Origin: Myxococcota bacterium
GTDB taxonomy: Bacteria > Myxococcota_A > Polyangia > Nannocystales > Nannocystaceae
Assembly: GCA_039028615.1 (NCBI GenBank)
Contig: JBCCHT010000005.1
Coordinates: 64,001 to 128,000, forward strand
Reading direction: 5' to 3'
DNA length: 64,000 nt
The position numbers were made by a program, and so were the translations under genes. Below the pieces are notes generated by a model. It was given only the letters and a program-made list of their open reading frames with translations, had not been told where the DNA came from and did no database searches. Shown here piece by piece: positions 1 to 8,353 of the stretch. Every line of letters begins with the position of its first letter. The first letter of the stretch is position 1.

Positions 1-494
1 ACGCCGAGACCGCCGCCGATCCCGGCGACGCCACGCTGCAGGCGTGGATGCAGCAGCAAGACACTGCGTACCGCCGCGCGCCACGGCGCGGGTTCGTGCA
101 GGTGTTCGTGCCCGGCCGAGTGCCCGCGTCGGAGGCACAGGCGCGGCAGCTGGCCGACGCGCTCCGCGAGGGGGCCGACCCCGCCACGCTGGGCGGCAGC
201 TTCGTGCACGGTCGCCGCCAGGCTCCCGCCGAGCACGACGCCATCGCTCGCCGCTACGGCGAGCCCTTTGCCCAGGCCATCGACGCGATGTCGCGCGATA
301 CGTGGACGGTGGTGTCGTCTTCGTTCGGATGGCACATCGTCCGTCTCGACGAGGAGCGACCGGGGCAGCGCGTGCCGCTGGCGGAGATCCGAGCGCGAGT
401 CCTGGCCGATTGGCGGGTCGAGCAGCGGGCGCAGGGGCTGGAGCGGGGCCTCGAGCAGCTGCGGGCCCGCTACGAGATCGAGGTGCCGCGATGA
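1..494 (+). CDS. Peptidyl-prolyl isomerase (parvulin/rotamase-like) protein, 5'-truncated by window edge
   Basis: Frame open from position 3; rotamase-like 'YGEPFAQAI...W..V.SSFGWHIVRL' and C-terminal 'LEQLRARYEIEV'; stop overlaps next ATG (ATGA). Confidence 0.7.
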   Translation, partial: AETAADPGDATLQAWMQQQDTAYRRAPRRGFVQVFVPGRVPASEAQARQLADALREGADPATLGGSFVHGRRQAPAEHDAIARRYGEPFAQAIDAMSRDTWTVVSSSFGWHIVRLDEERPGQRVPLAEIRARVLADWRVEQRAQGLERGLEQLRARYEIEVPR

Positions 495-1462
495 TCCGCG
501 CCGGCCTCGGGCTGCGGTGGCTGGCCGTGGCCGTGCTGTGCCTGTGGGCCACCGTCGCCTCGGCGCACGAGTTCCGCCCCGCCTCGCTTTCATTGCGGGT
601 CGATGCCGAGGGCGAAGTCGCGGTGAGCTTCTCGCCGCCGCCGGTCACCGCCCAGGGGGTCACCACCACCGCGCTACGCCCCGTGCCCCCGGCCCACTGC
701 GAAGAGGTCTCGGCGTTGCGCTGGTCGTGCGGGGCCGCTGGCCTCACCGGAACCCTGGCCATGGCGGGCCTCGAGACCGACCCCGTCGACGTCCTCGTGC
801 ACGTGCGCTGGTCGGGCGAGGAGCAGCTGCACGAGCGCCTCGGTCCCGATCGCCCGTCGCTGCGACTGGCCCGGGGCATGGCCGTCGAGGGCACGCAGGA
901 GACGGCCTCGGCCTACTTCGTGTTGGGTGTCGAGCACATCCTGCTGGGGGCGGATCACCTGCTGTTCGTGCTCACGCTGCTGCTGCTCGGGGGTCGACCG
1001 CGAGACCACCTGCGCACCATCACCGCCTTCACGCTGGGGCACGCGGTGGCCTTGGTCGTCCAGACGCTGCACCCCATGGCCGTGCCCGGTCCCTGGGTGG
1101 AGGCCTGCATCACCGCGTCCATCGTGGTGGCGGCGGCCGAAGCCCTGCGGCCGAGCCCCCAACGCGCCTCGGCCTGGAGCTGGGCGCTGGGCTTCGGTGT
1201 CCTGCACGGGCTGGGCTTCGCCGGAGCCTTGGCCGACCTCGGCTTGCCTCCCGGCTCGATCGTCACCGCCCTGCTGTCGTTCAACCTGGGCGTGGAGGCG
1301 GGGCAGCTGGCGGTGGTGCTGGTCGCCCTCATCGTCGCCGCCGTGGTGCCGCTGTCCGTGCCCCGTCGGCAGGCCCTGCGTCGCGGGCTGGCCTGGGCCG
1401 CGGGCAGCATCGCGGTCGCCTGGACCCTCGAGCGCATCGCGGGCTTTGGGAACTGGTCTTGA
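491..1462 (+). CDS. HupE/UreJ family membrane protein
   Basis: Signal peptide ending ASA-HE; motifs LGVEHILLGADHLLF, TAFTLGH, FGVLHGLGFA, FNLGVEAGQL; ATG at 491 coupled to upstream stop. Confidence 0.9.
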   Translation: MIRAGLGLRWLAVAVLCLWATVASAHEFRPASLSLRVDAEGEVAVSFSPPPVTAQGVTTTALRPVPPAHCEEVSALRWSCGAAGLTGTLAMAGLETDPVDVLVHVRWSGEEQLHERLGPDRPSLRLARGMAVEGTQETASAYFVLGVEHILLGADHLLFVLTLLLLGGRPRDHLRTITAFTLGHAVALVVQTLHPMAVPGPWVEACITASIVVAAAEALRPSPQRASAWSWALGFGVLHGLGFAGALADLGLPPGSIVTALLSFNLGVEAGQLAVVLVALIVAAVVPLSVPRRQALRRGLAWAAGSIAVAWTLERIAGFGNWS

Positions 1463-1473
1463 AAGTGAGTGTC

Positions 1474-3465
1474 ATGTCTTCACGCGCTTCGTCTTTGTTG
1501 GTCCTGCTCGCCTCGGTCGCCGCATGCGGTGACAGCTCGTCCACGCCCGCGACGGGGACCGCGTCATCGACCAGCACCAGCACCCCGACGACGACCACCA
1601 CCACCACGGAGGGGGCCGATGGAACCGCGACCGACGCGACCGGGGATCCCGACGTGCCGCCGCCGCAGGGCGTGTGCGACGACTTCGACGCGCATCGCAA
1701 CCTGTACTGGGGCGACCTCCACGTACACACCGCATACTCCTTCGATGCGTGGCTGCACGACGTCCGCGTCGATCCCGATCAGGCGTATCGCTTTGCCCAG
1801 GGGGATCCGGTCGCGTTGCCGCCGGTCGACGAGCGCGGCGAGCCCACCCAGATGGCGCAGCTCGATCGGCCGCTGGATTTTGCGGCGGTGACCGATCACG
1901 CCGAGTTCCTGGCCGAGGTGGAGGCGTGCACCAACCCCCGCTCGAGCGCCTACGACACGCCGCTGTGCACCGACTACCGGGCCAACCAGAACGGCGCCCT
2001 GGTGACCTTCGGCGTGCAGCTGGGCCTGGCCACGCCTGTGCGCTTCCCCGAGATTTGTCGCGGCGGTGGGGTCGATTGTCCGGCCTTGGCCTCCGAGGTC
2101 TGGCAGCGCACCGTCGATGCGGCCCAGACCCACTATTCGCCCGCGCCGACCTGCGAGTTCACGCCGTTCGTGGGCTATGAGTGGAGCGGCATGCAGTCGC
2201 TGTCGAACCTGCATCGCAACGTCATCTTCCGCACCGACCAGGTGCCCGCTTTGCCGCTTTCGTACTACGAGGCTCCCAGCGCGCAGGCGCTGTGGGATGC
2301 GCTCGACCAGGAGTGTCTGCAAGGCCGCCCCGGCTGCGACGTGCTGGCCATCCCCCACAACCCCAATTGGAGCAACGGGCGGCTGTTCCGGGTCGAGTAT
2401 CCGGGCAAGGGCAGCGAGGCCACGCAGGCCGAGCGCCGGGCCGCCATGGAGCCGCTGGTCGAGGTGTTCCAGCACAAGGGCGACAGCGAGTGTCAAAACG
2501 GCCTGTCGGGGATCTTGGGCGAGCCCGACGAGCTGTGCGACTTCGAGAAGCTCCGCGTGGGGCCGACCGAAGACTGCGGCGACGGCATCGGCTCCAACGG
2601 CATGATCGGCTCGGGCTGCATGTCGCGACGTGACTTCGTGCGCGGGGCCTTGCTCGAGGGCCTTCGCGAGCAGCAGCGCATCGGGGCCAACCCCTTCGAG
2701 ATGGGCTTCATCGCCAGCACCGACACCCACAACGGCACGCCGGGGCTGGTCGACGAGGACGCCTATATCGGCCACGTGGGTCGAGAGGAGGGCACGCCGC
2801 TGGGGCGGCTGACGGGCGAGGTCCCGGCCGGTCCCAACAACAGCCCCGGCGGGTTGGTGGCGGTGTGGGCCACCGAGAACCGTCGGGAGGCCATCTTCGA
2901 CGCGCTGCGACGGCGGGAGACCTACGGCACCAGCGGCCCGCGCATCGCGGTGCGGACCTACGGTGGCTTCGACCTGCCCGCGACGCTGTGCGAGCGACCA
3001 GACCTGGTCGAGGTGGCCGACGCCCAAGGTGTGCCCATGGGCGGAGAGCTGCCTGCCGCACCCGAAGGCGCGGCCCCGACCATCGTCCTCGACGCCCTGC
3101 GAGACCCCCAGGGGCTGCTCCTGCAGCGGGCCCAGGTGATCAAGGGCTGGGTCGACGACCAAGACCTCGCCCACGTGCAGGTGTACGACGTGGCGGGCGG
3201 CGACAACGGGGCCACCGTCGACCCGCAGACCTGCGAGCCGGAAGGGAAGGGGGCCGACGCGCTGTGCAGCGTGTGGACCGACCCCGACTTCGATCCGACC
3301 GAGCCCGCCTACTACTACGTGCGCGTGGTCGAAAACCCGCGGTGTCGCTGGAGCGTGCCCGACTGCCAGTCGCTGGGCGACGAGGCGCCGCCGATCTGCG
3401 ACGAGCTGCCCACCACTCTCCAGGAGCGCGCCTGGACCAGCCCCATCTGGTACACGCCGTCCTGA
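1474..3465 (+). CDS. DUF3604 family lipoprotein (PHP-like metallohydrolase fold)
   Basis: Lipobox VAAC, Thr-rich linker, YWGDLHVHTAYSFDA, PLDFAAVTDHAE, HRNVIF, STDTHN, ETYGTSGPRI, C-terminal QERAWTSPIWY. Confidence 0.9.
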   Translation: MSSRASSLLVLLASVAACGDSSSTPATGTASSTSTSTPTTTTTTTEGADGTATDATGDPDVPPPQGVCDDFDAHRNLYWGDLHVHTAYSFDAWLHDVRVDPDQAYRFAQGDPVALPPVDERGEPTQMAQLDRPLDFAAVTDHAEFLAEVEACTNPRSSAYDTPLCTDYRANQNGALVTFGVQLGLATPVRFPEICRGGGVDCPALASEVWQRTVDAAQTHYSPAPTCEFTPFVGYEWSGMQSLSNLHRNVIFRTDQVPALPLSYYEAPSAQALWDALDQECLQGRPGCDVLAIPHNPNWSNGRLFRVEYPGKGSEATQAERRAAMEPLVEVFQHKGDSECQNGLSGILGEPDELCDFEKLRVGPTEDCGDGIGSNGMIGSGCMSRRDFVRGALLEGLREQQRIGANPFEMGFIASTDTHNGTPGLVDEDAYIGHVGREEGTPLGRLTGEVPAGPNNSPGGLVAVWATENRREAIFDALRRRETYGTSGPRIAVRTYGGFDLPATLCERPDLVEVADAQGVPMGGELPAAPEGAAPTIVLDALRDPQGLLLQRAQVIKGWVDDQDLAHVQVYDVAGGDNGATVDPQTCEPEGKGADALCSVWTDPDFDPTEPAYYYVRVVENPRCRWSVPDCQSLGDEAPPICDELPTTLQERAWTSPIWYTPS

Positions 3466-3483
3466 GCCCAGCCCCACCAACGG

Positions 3484-3523
3484 AAAAACGCGGCGGCTCC
3501 GAAGGGAGCACGCCGCGTTTTTT
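3484..3523. terminator. Bidirectional intrinsic terminator
   Basis: AAAAACGCGGCG-GCTCC-GAAG-GGAGC-A-CGCCGCGTTTTTT hairpin with T-tracts on both strands between convergent genes. Confidence 0.85.
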
Positions 3524-3544
3524 GCGTCGCGGGGTGGCGGGCGC

Positions 3545-4258
3545 CTAGCCCTCGACCACGGAGACGATGGCCTCGTTGAGCCCCGCCCAGTCCTCGGGCC
3601 CGACCGCGGAGTACTTCACCGTGTTGCGGCCGTCGGCGAACATCACGGTGCGGCTCTTGGTGATGTTGTAGTACTCGTCCCAGACGCGGTTGTTGCCGCC
3701 CTCTTCGTCGGGGGCGGGCACGACCACGGGCATCTGGATCGCGAGCTTCTCCCGCAGGTCGTTGGCCTGCTTCTGCGCCTCGCCGACGTTCTTGGGCGTG
3801 ATGGCCTTGCCCCCGTCGAGGGTGGTGATCACCGCGAAGGCCTTGAGGTTGTCGTTGCCGTACTTCTGCGCGATGGCGTCGAGGTTCTTGAGGTCCTCGT
3901 GGAACGCCTCGTCGTCGGCCGTGCCGACGGCCATGAGCTTGGGGTTCCCGCCGAAGCGGCAGACCTGGCAGTACTTCTCGCCCGACTCGCAGTTGACGAT
4001 GTCGAAGGCGGTGAGCTTGCCGTCCTTGCCCAAGCCGCTGTCGGCGAGCACCCGCGCGTTGAGCTTGGCCTGCCAGGGGTCGGCCGCCTTCGCGGGCGTG
4101 GCATCCTTTTTTGCCTCGTCGGTCGCGGCGGCATCCTTCTTTTTCGCGTCGTTCTTCGCGGTCTTGTCGGATTCGGGCTTCGCCGCGTCGGCCTTCTTGG
4201 CGTCGTCGCAAGCGGGCATGACGAGGAGGGCGGCCAGGAGCAGGGTGGTACGAGACAT
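3545..4258 (-). CDS. Lipoprotein with probable thioredoxin/redoxin-like domain (CxxC)
   Basis: AGGAG RBS; MSRTTLLLAALLVMPAC lipobox; Lys/Ala/Asp linker; YCQVC followed by redoxin-like pattern. Confidence 0.7.
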   Translation of the reverse strand: MSRTTLLLAALLVMPACDDAKKADAAKPESDKTAKNDAKKKDAAATDEAKKDATPAKAADPWQAKLNARVLADSGLGKDGKLTAFDIVNCESGEKYCQVCRFGGNPKLMAVGTADDEAFHEDLKNLDAIAQKYGNDNLKAFAVITTLDGGKAITPKNVGEAQKQANDLREKLAIQMPVVVPAPDEEGGNNRVWDEYYNITKSRTVMFADGRNTVKYSAVGPEDWAGLNEAIVSVVEG

Positions 4259-4398
4259 GCTGGATCTCCTAAGAAGCGGGGGGTCGAGCGTCGGGGTCAC
4301 GCCGCATTCGCCGGGCAGGCGGGGCGCGGGGGCCAGCATGGCCAGTTTTGCCCCGCTTCGCCACCGTCCGCGCGGTTGTTCGCTATCATCCCGCCACC

Positions 4399-6042
4399 AT
4401 GCCGACCTCTCGACGGCAATTCCTTGCGGCTTCGGGCGCTGGCTCGGCGGCGTGGCTGGCACGAGCCACGGCGTCGGGGGCGCCTCCGCAGGGTTCACGC
4501 GAGCCCGCTCCGACCGGGGCACCACCCTTCGACGACCAAGCGGCGCAGGCGATCGCACGCAGCCCGGTGGCGAGCGACGCGGACATCGCCCGCAAGGCGG
4601 TCGAAGCGGCGATGTCGGCGGGGGCGACCTACGCCGACGCGCGACTGGTGCTGATGCGCCGCGAGTCGGTGCGGGTTCGCAACGACAAGGCCCGGCCCGC
4701 ATCGCTCCGCGAGCGCTACGGCCTCGGCGTCCGGGTCATCGCGGACGGAGGCTGGGGCTTCGTGGGCATCCAGACCCTCAGCGCACGCGCGGTGGTCGAT
4801 GCGGCCAAGCGCGCGGTGGCCAGCGCCCGCGGCAACGGCAAGCTGCGGACCAGCCTGGGCCAGCCGCCGGTCGAGCTCGTGCCCGCCCCCGCGGCCAAGG
4901 GCATCTGGGTCACCCCCCACGAGATCGATCCCTTCGACGTGGCGCCCATCGACAAGGCGGAGATGCTGCTCGAGATCGCCGCCCGCGCTCGCGCGGTGCC
5001 GGGGGTCAGCCACGTCAGCGCCGGGTTCAGCTGCGTCTCCGAGGACAAGCTGCTGGTCACCAGCGACGGCACCGAGGTCCACCAGCTGTTCTTCCGCGGG
5101 GCCCCCTCGCTCACCGCCACCGCCGTCGACCGACGCCGCGGCGGCTTCGCCTCGCGCACGCACGAGGCCCCCGGCATGCTCGCCGGTTGGGAGTACCTGC
5201 GGGACCTCGGCTTGCTGCGCGACGCCACCCGCATCGGCGAAGAGGCGGTGCAGAAGCTCCATGCCGCCAGCGTCGAGCCGGGTCGCCGCACGGTCGTGCT
5301 GGCGCCCAGCAACCTGTGGCTGACCATTCACGAGAGCATCGGGCATCCCACCGAGCTCGACCGCGCCATGGGGCTCGAGGCCGACTACGCGGGCACGAGC
5401 TTCATTCGCCCCGACGACGCGGGCAAGCTGCAGATCGGCACTGAGATCGTCAACCTCGTCGCCGACCGCACGCAGCCGGGCGGCATGGCCACGGTGGGCT
5501 GGGACGACGAAGGCGTCGCGGCGCAGCGCTGGGACATCGTGCGCGAGGGCAAGCTGGTGGGGTGGCAGACCACTCGCGACCAGGCCAAGTGGATCGGTGA
5601 GGACGCCAGCCGTGGCTGCTGCTACGGCCAGTACCACGACGGCGTGCCCTTCCAGCGCATGCCCAACATCAGCCTCCAGCCGGGGACCGAGGGCTACACC
5701 ACCGAGGACCTCATCAACGCCACCGAAGACGGCATCTACGTCACGGGGCGAGGCAGCTGGTCCATCGACCAGCAGCGCTACAACTTCCAGTTCTCCGGGC
5801 AGACCTACTGGGAGATCAAGCGCGGTCGCCTGACCCGGCCCCTGCGCGACGTGGCCTACCAGGCCAATACCGTCGAGTTCTGGAGCTCCTGCGACATGAT
5901 CGGAGGTCCCGGCACCTACCGACTGGGCGCGACCTTCAGCGACGGCAAGGGCCAGCCGGGTCAGTCCAACGCGGTCAGCCACGGCTGCCCGCCCGCCCGC
6001 TTCGTGGCCAACGTCATCAACACGGGAGGGAAGCAGCAATGA
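4399..6042 (+). CDS. tldD: TldD family metalloprotease with twin-arginine signal peptide
   Basis: N-terminal SRRQFL; catalytic HESIGHPTELDR; RMPN motif; C-terminal DGKGQPGQSNAVSHGCP. Confidence 0.9.
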   Translation: MPTSRRQFLAASGAGSAAWLARATASGAPPQGSREPAPTGAPPFDDQAAQAIARSPVASDADIARKAVEAAMSAGATYADARLVLMRRESVRVRNDKARPASLRERYGLGVRVIADGGWGFVGIQTLSARAVVDAAKRAVASARGNGKLRTSLGQPPVELVPAPAAKGIWVTPHEIDPFDVAPIDKAEMLLEIAARARAVPGVSHVSAGFSCVSEDKLLVTSDGTEVHQLFFRGAPSLTATAVDRRRGGFASRTHEAPGMLAGWEYLRDLGLLRDATRIGEEAVQKLHAASVEPGRRTVVLAPSNLWLTIHESIGHPTELDRAMGLEADYAGTSFIRPDDAGKLQIGTEIVNLVADRTQPGGMATVGWDDEGVAAQRWDIVREGKLVGWQTTRDQAKWIGEDASRGCCYGQYHDGVPFQRMPNISLQPGTEGYTTEDLINATEDGIYVTGRGSWSIDQQRYNFQFSGQTYWEIKRGRLTRPLRDVAYQANTVEFWSSCDMIGGPGTYRLGATFSDGKGQPGQSNAVSHGCPPARFVANVINTGGKQQ

Positions 6043-7367
6043 GCCTGTCGAAAAAGAAGGCCAAGCGCCTGGTCGACAAGGTCCTGGGCGAGGCGAGCTA
6101 CGGCGACCTTCGGGTCCGCATCAGCTCCTCCCAGCGCGGACACCTGCGCTACGGAGCGGGGCGGCCCACCACGTCGGGCGACGTCGAGGCGGTGACGGTC
6201 GAGGTCACCGCGAGCAAAGACGGCAAGACGGCCACCGTGACCGGCAGCCGCACCGACGATGCCGCGATCGCCTTGCTCGTGCAGCGAGCCGAGGGGTTGG
6301 CCGGGCTCTCCCCGGTCGATGGCGAGCACATGCCGCCCCTGGCGAAGTCCGACCCGCCGAAGGTCAAGGCCGACGACAAGGCGGTGGCGGGGCTGTCCCC
6401 CGAGACCCGGGCCGACCTGGTGGGTCGTGCCATTCGCCGCGCCGAGGCCGACTCCGTCCAGGTGGCGGGCTTGCTCGAGCACAGCCGCAGCTCGGTGGCG
6501 CTAGGCAACCGCTCCGGCTTGTTCGCGCACCACACCAGCACCAAGGTCAGCCTGTCGGCCACCTGTCGCACGCCCGACGGCACCGGGAGCGCGCGAGCGG
6601 GCTTCGTGTCGCATGCACTGGCCGGTCTCACCCCCGAGGCCCTGGTCAACGACGCGGCCAAGCGCGCCAAGAGCTCGCAGCTGCCCGTGCGCCGCGACCC
6701 CGGCAACTATCCCGTCATCTTGGCTCCGCAGGCGGTGGCCGACCTGCTCGGGTACCTGGTCTCCGCCCTGGGGGCTCGTTCCGCGCAGGAGGGGCGCAGC
6801 GTGTTCTCGCGCAAGGGCGGCGGCACCCAGCTGGGCGAGAAGCTCTTCGACGAGCGCGTGAAGCTGTGGTCCGATCCCACCGACGCCGCCAACCCGGCCT
6901 CGCCCTTCGACTCGTCGGGACGGCCGCAGCAAAAGGTCACCTGGATCGAGGACGGTGTGCTCCAGGCGCTGCACGCCGGTCGCTACTGGGCGGACAAAGA
7001 AGGCATCGCCAGTCGCCCTGCGCCCTCGTCGTTGCACATGGCCGGCGGCACCGACGACCTCGACACCTTGGTCGCCGGCTTCGATCGCGGCGTGCTGATC
7101 TCTCGGCTCTGGTACATCCGCATGCTGAACCCTCAGCAGCTGACGGTCACCGGGCTCACCCGCGACGGCACCTTCTGGATCGAAAAGGGCAAGATCACCC
7201 AGCCCATCCGCAACTTCCGCTTCAACGACAGTCCGCTGACCTTGTTCCGCAACCTGGTCGCGATGGGTCGTCCCGAGCGCGCCGGACTCAGCACGGGTCG
7301 GGTGATGGTCGTGCCGCCGTTGGTGCTCTCGGGCTTCGAGCTGTCGAGCGTCAGCGACGCGGTCTGA
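6039..7367 (+). CDS. tldE: TldE/PmbA-like partner subunit
   Basis: ATGA overlap with tldD; PGNYPVILAPQAV, TGLTRDGTFWIEKG, NFRFNDSP; no HExxxH. Confidence 0.8.
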   Translation: MSLSKKKAKRLVDKVLGEASYGDLRVRISSSQRGHLRYGAGRPTTSGDVEAVTVEVTASKDGKTATVTGSRTDDAAIALLVQRAEGLAGLSPVDGEHMPPLAKSDPPKVKADDKAVAGLSPETRADLVGRAIRRAEADSVQVAGLLEHSRSSVALGNRSGLFAHHTSTKVSLSATCRTPDGTGSARAGFVSHALAGLTPEALVNDAAKRAKSSQLPVRRDPGNYPVILAPQAVADLLGYLVSALGARSAQEGRSVFSRKGGGTQLGEKLFDERVKLWSDPTDAANPASPFDSSGRPQQKVTWIEDGVLQALHAGRYWADKEGIASRPAPSSLHMAGGTDDLDTLVAGFDRGVLISRLWYIRMLNPQQLTVTGLTRDGTFWIEKGKITQPIRNFRFNDSPLTLFRNLVAMGRPERAGLSTGRVMVVPPLVLSGFELSSVSDAV

Positions 7368-7415
7368 GAGCGTCGCGCGAGAGCCAGGTCCGTCGGGTGA
7401 CGGCGGGCCGGGCTC

Positions 7416-7952
7416 TCAGGACGAGCGCATGAGCGCGTCGACGACCTGGTGGAGGTCGGAGGCGCGTGGCACCCATCCGTTCGACGGGGCGTTCTCCACG
7501 AACCACGCGCTGCCTTGCCGCACGTCGTCGGTGACTTTGTAGGGCGTCTGGCGCTTGCCCCCCAGGGTGAAGATCATCGCCAGCACGCTACGCACGATGG
7601 CGGCCCGGAACCCGCTGCCCTCGAAGATCAGCGAGATGATCCCGACCTTGTCGCTGAACATGAGGCGAGCCGCCTGGCGTCGGAAGTCGCCTTCGGGCGG
7701 CGACGACGTCTCTCGGATGCAGATGACCAGGCCCACCGGGCCACCCACCTTCTCGTATTGCTCGTCGATGAGCCGTTGCCAGGTGTCGAGCGCCTCCGAC
7801 GAGATGTTGCCGTACCAGCAGGTCACGATGACCCCGTCCATCGTGATCTTCTGGTAGCTGTCGGTGCCGGGCCCCTGCTTCGCGGTGGGCGGCAGGTCGA
7901 GCGTTCGAGGCAACGAGTCGTTGAGCGAGCGTGCAGTCGAGTCGTCTCTCAT
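7416..7952 (-). CDS. Small STAS/SEC14-like (SpoIIAA-like) hypothetical protein
   Basis: alpha/beta pattern with 'EGSGFRAAIVRSVLA' typical of a myxobacterial paralog family; start uncertain. Confidence 0.6.
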   Translation of the reverse strand: MRDDSTARSLNDSLPRTLDLPPTAKQGPGTDSYQKITMDGVIVTCWYGNISSEALDTWQRLIDEQYEKVGGPVGLVICIRETSSPPEGDFRRQAARLMFSDKVGIISLIFEGSGFRAAIVRSVLAMIFTLGGKRQTPYKVTDDVRQGSAWFVENAPSNGWVPRASDLHQVVDALMRSS

Positions 7953-8353
7953 TGGGCTCCAATACGATGACGAGGTTGCGGCCGGCCGCGGACCTCGTCG
8001 CTGCACATCGAGGGTGCAGGCTCGAGACCGGCCACGTCAATTCCGATACGGCTTCGAACGATAATTTGGCGGACAAAGTCGTACCCGATTGTTGGTCGTT
8101 TGGGACGTCGAAGTCGGATGCGCGATTGTGGTTGGCCGATCGGTTCGTCTCGACGGTCCGTCGTTCGGTGCCGTCGAACGGATGTTCTCTGTGAACATCG
8201 GCGATGATGAACTCGGAGACTTCGCCCAAAACACGGCGGGATGACCCTCTCGGGTCATGTCGGACGCAGGATTCGATCCCGGCGGCCACGGCGACGAGCC
8301 CGGGCTGGCGCCGCGGGCTCGTGGTGTGTGCACTCGATTCGAGTCGCCAGTGT

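Noticed and set aside
4399..7367. tldD/tldE as part of a RiPP cluster
   Set aside because: No precursor peptide, YcaO or other modification enzyme is adjacent
7969..7999. Hairpin upstream of the STAS-like gene as a riboswitch
   Set aside because: A single GC-rich stem with no recognisable aptamer consensus
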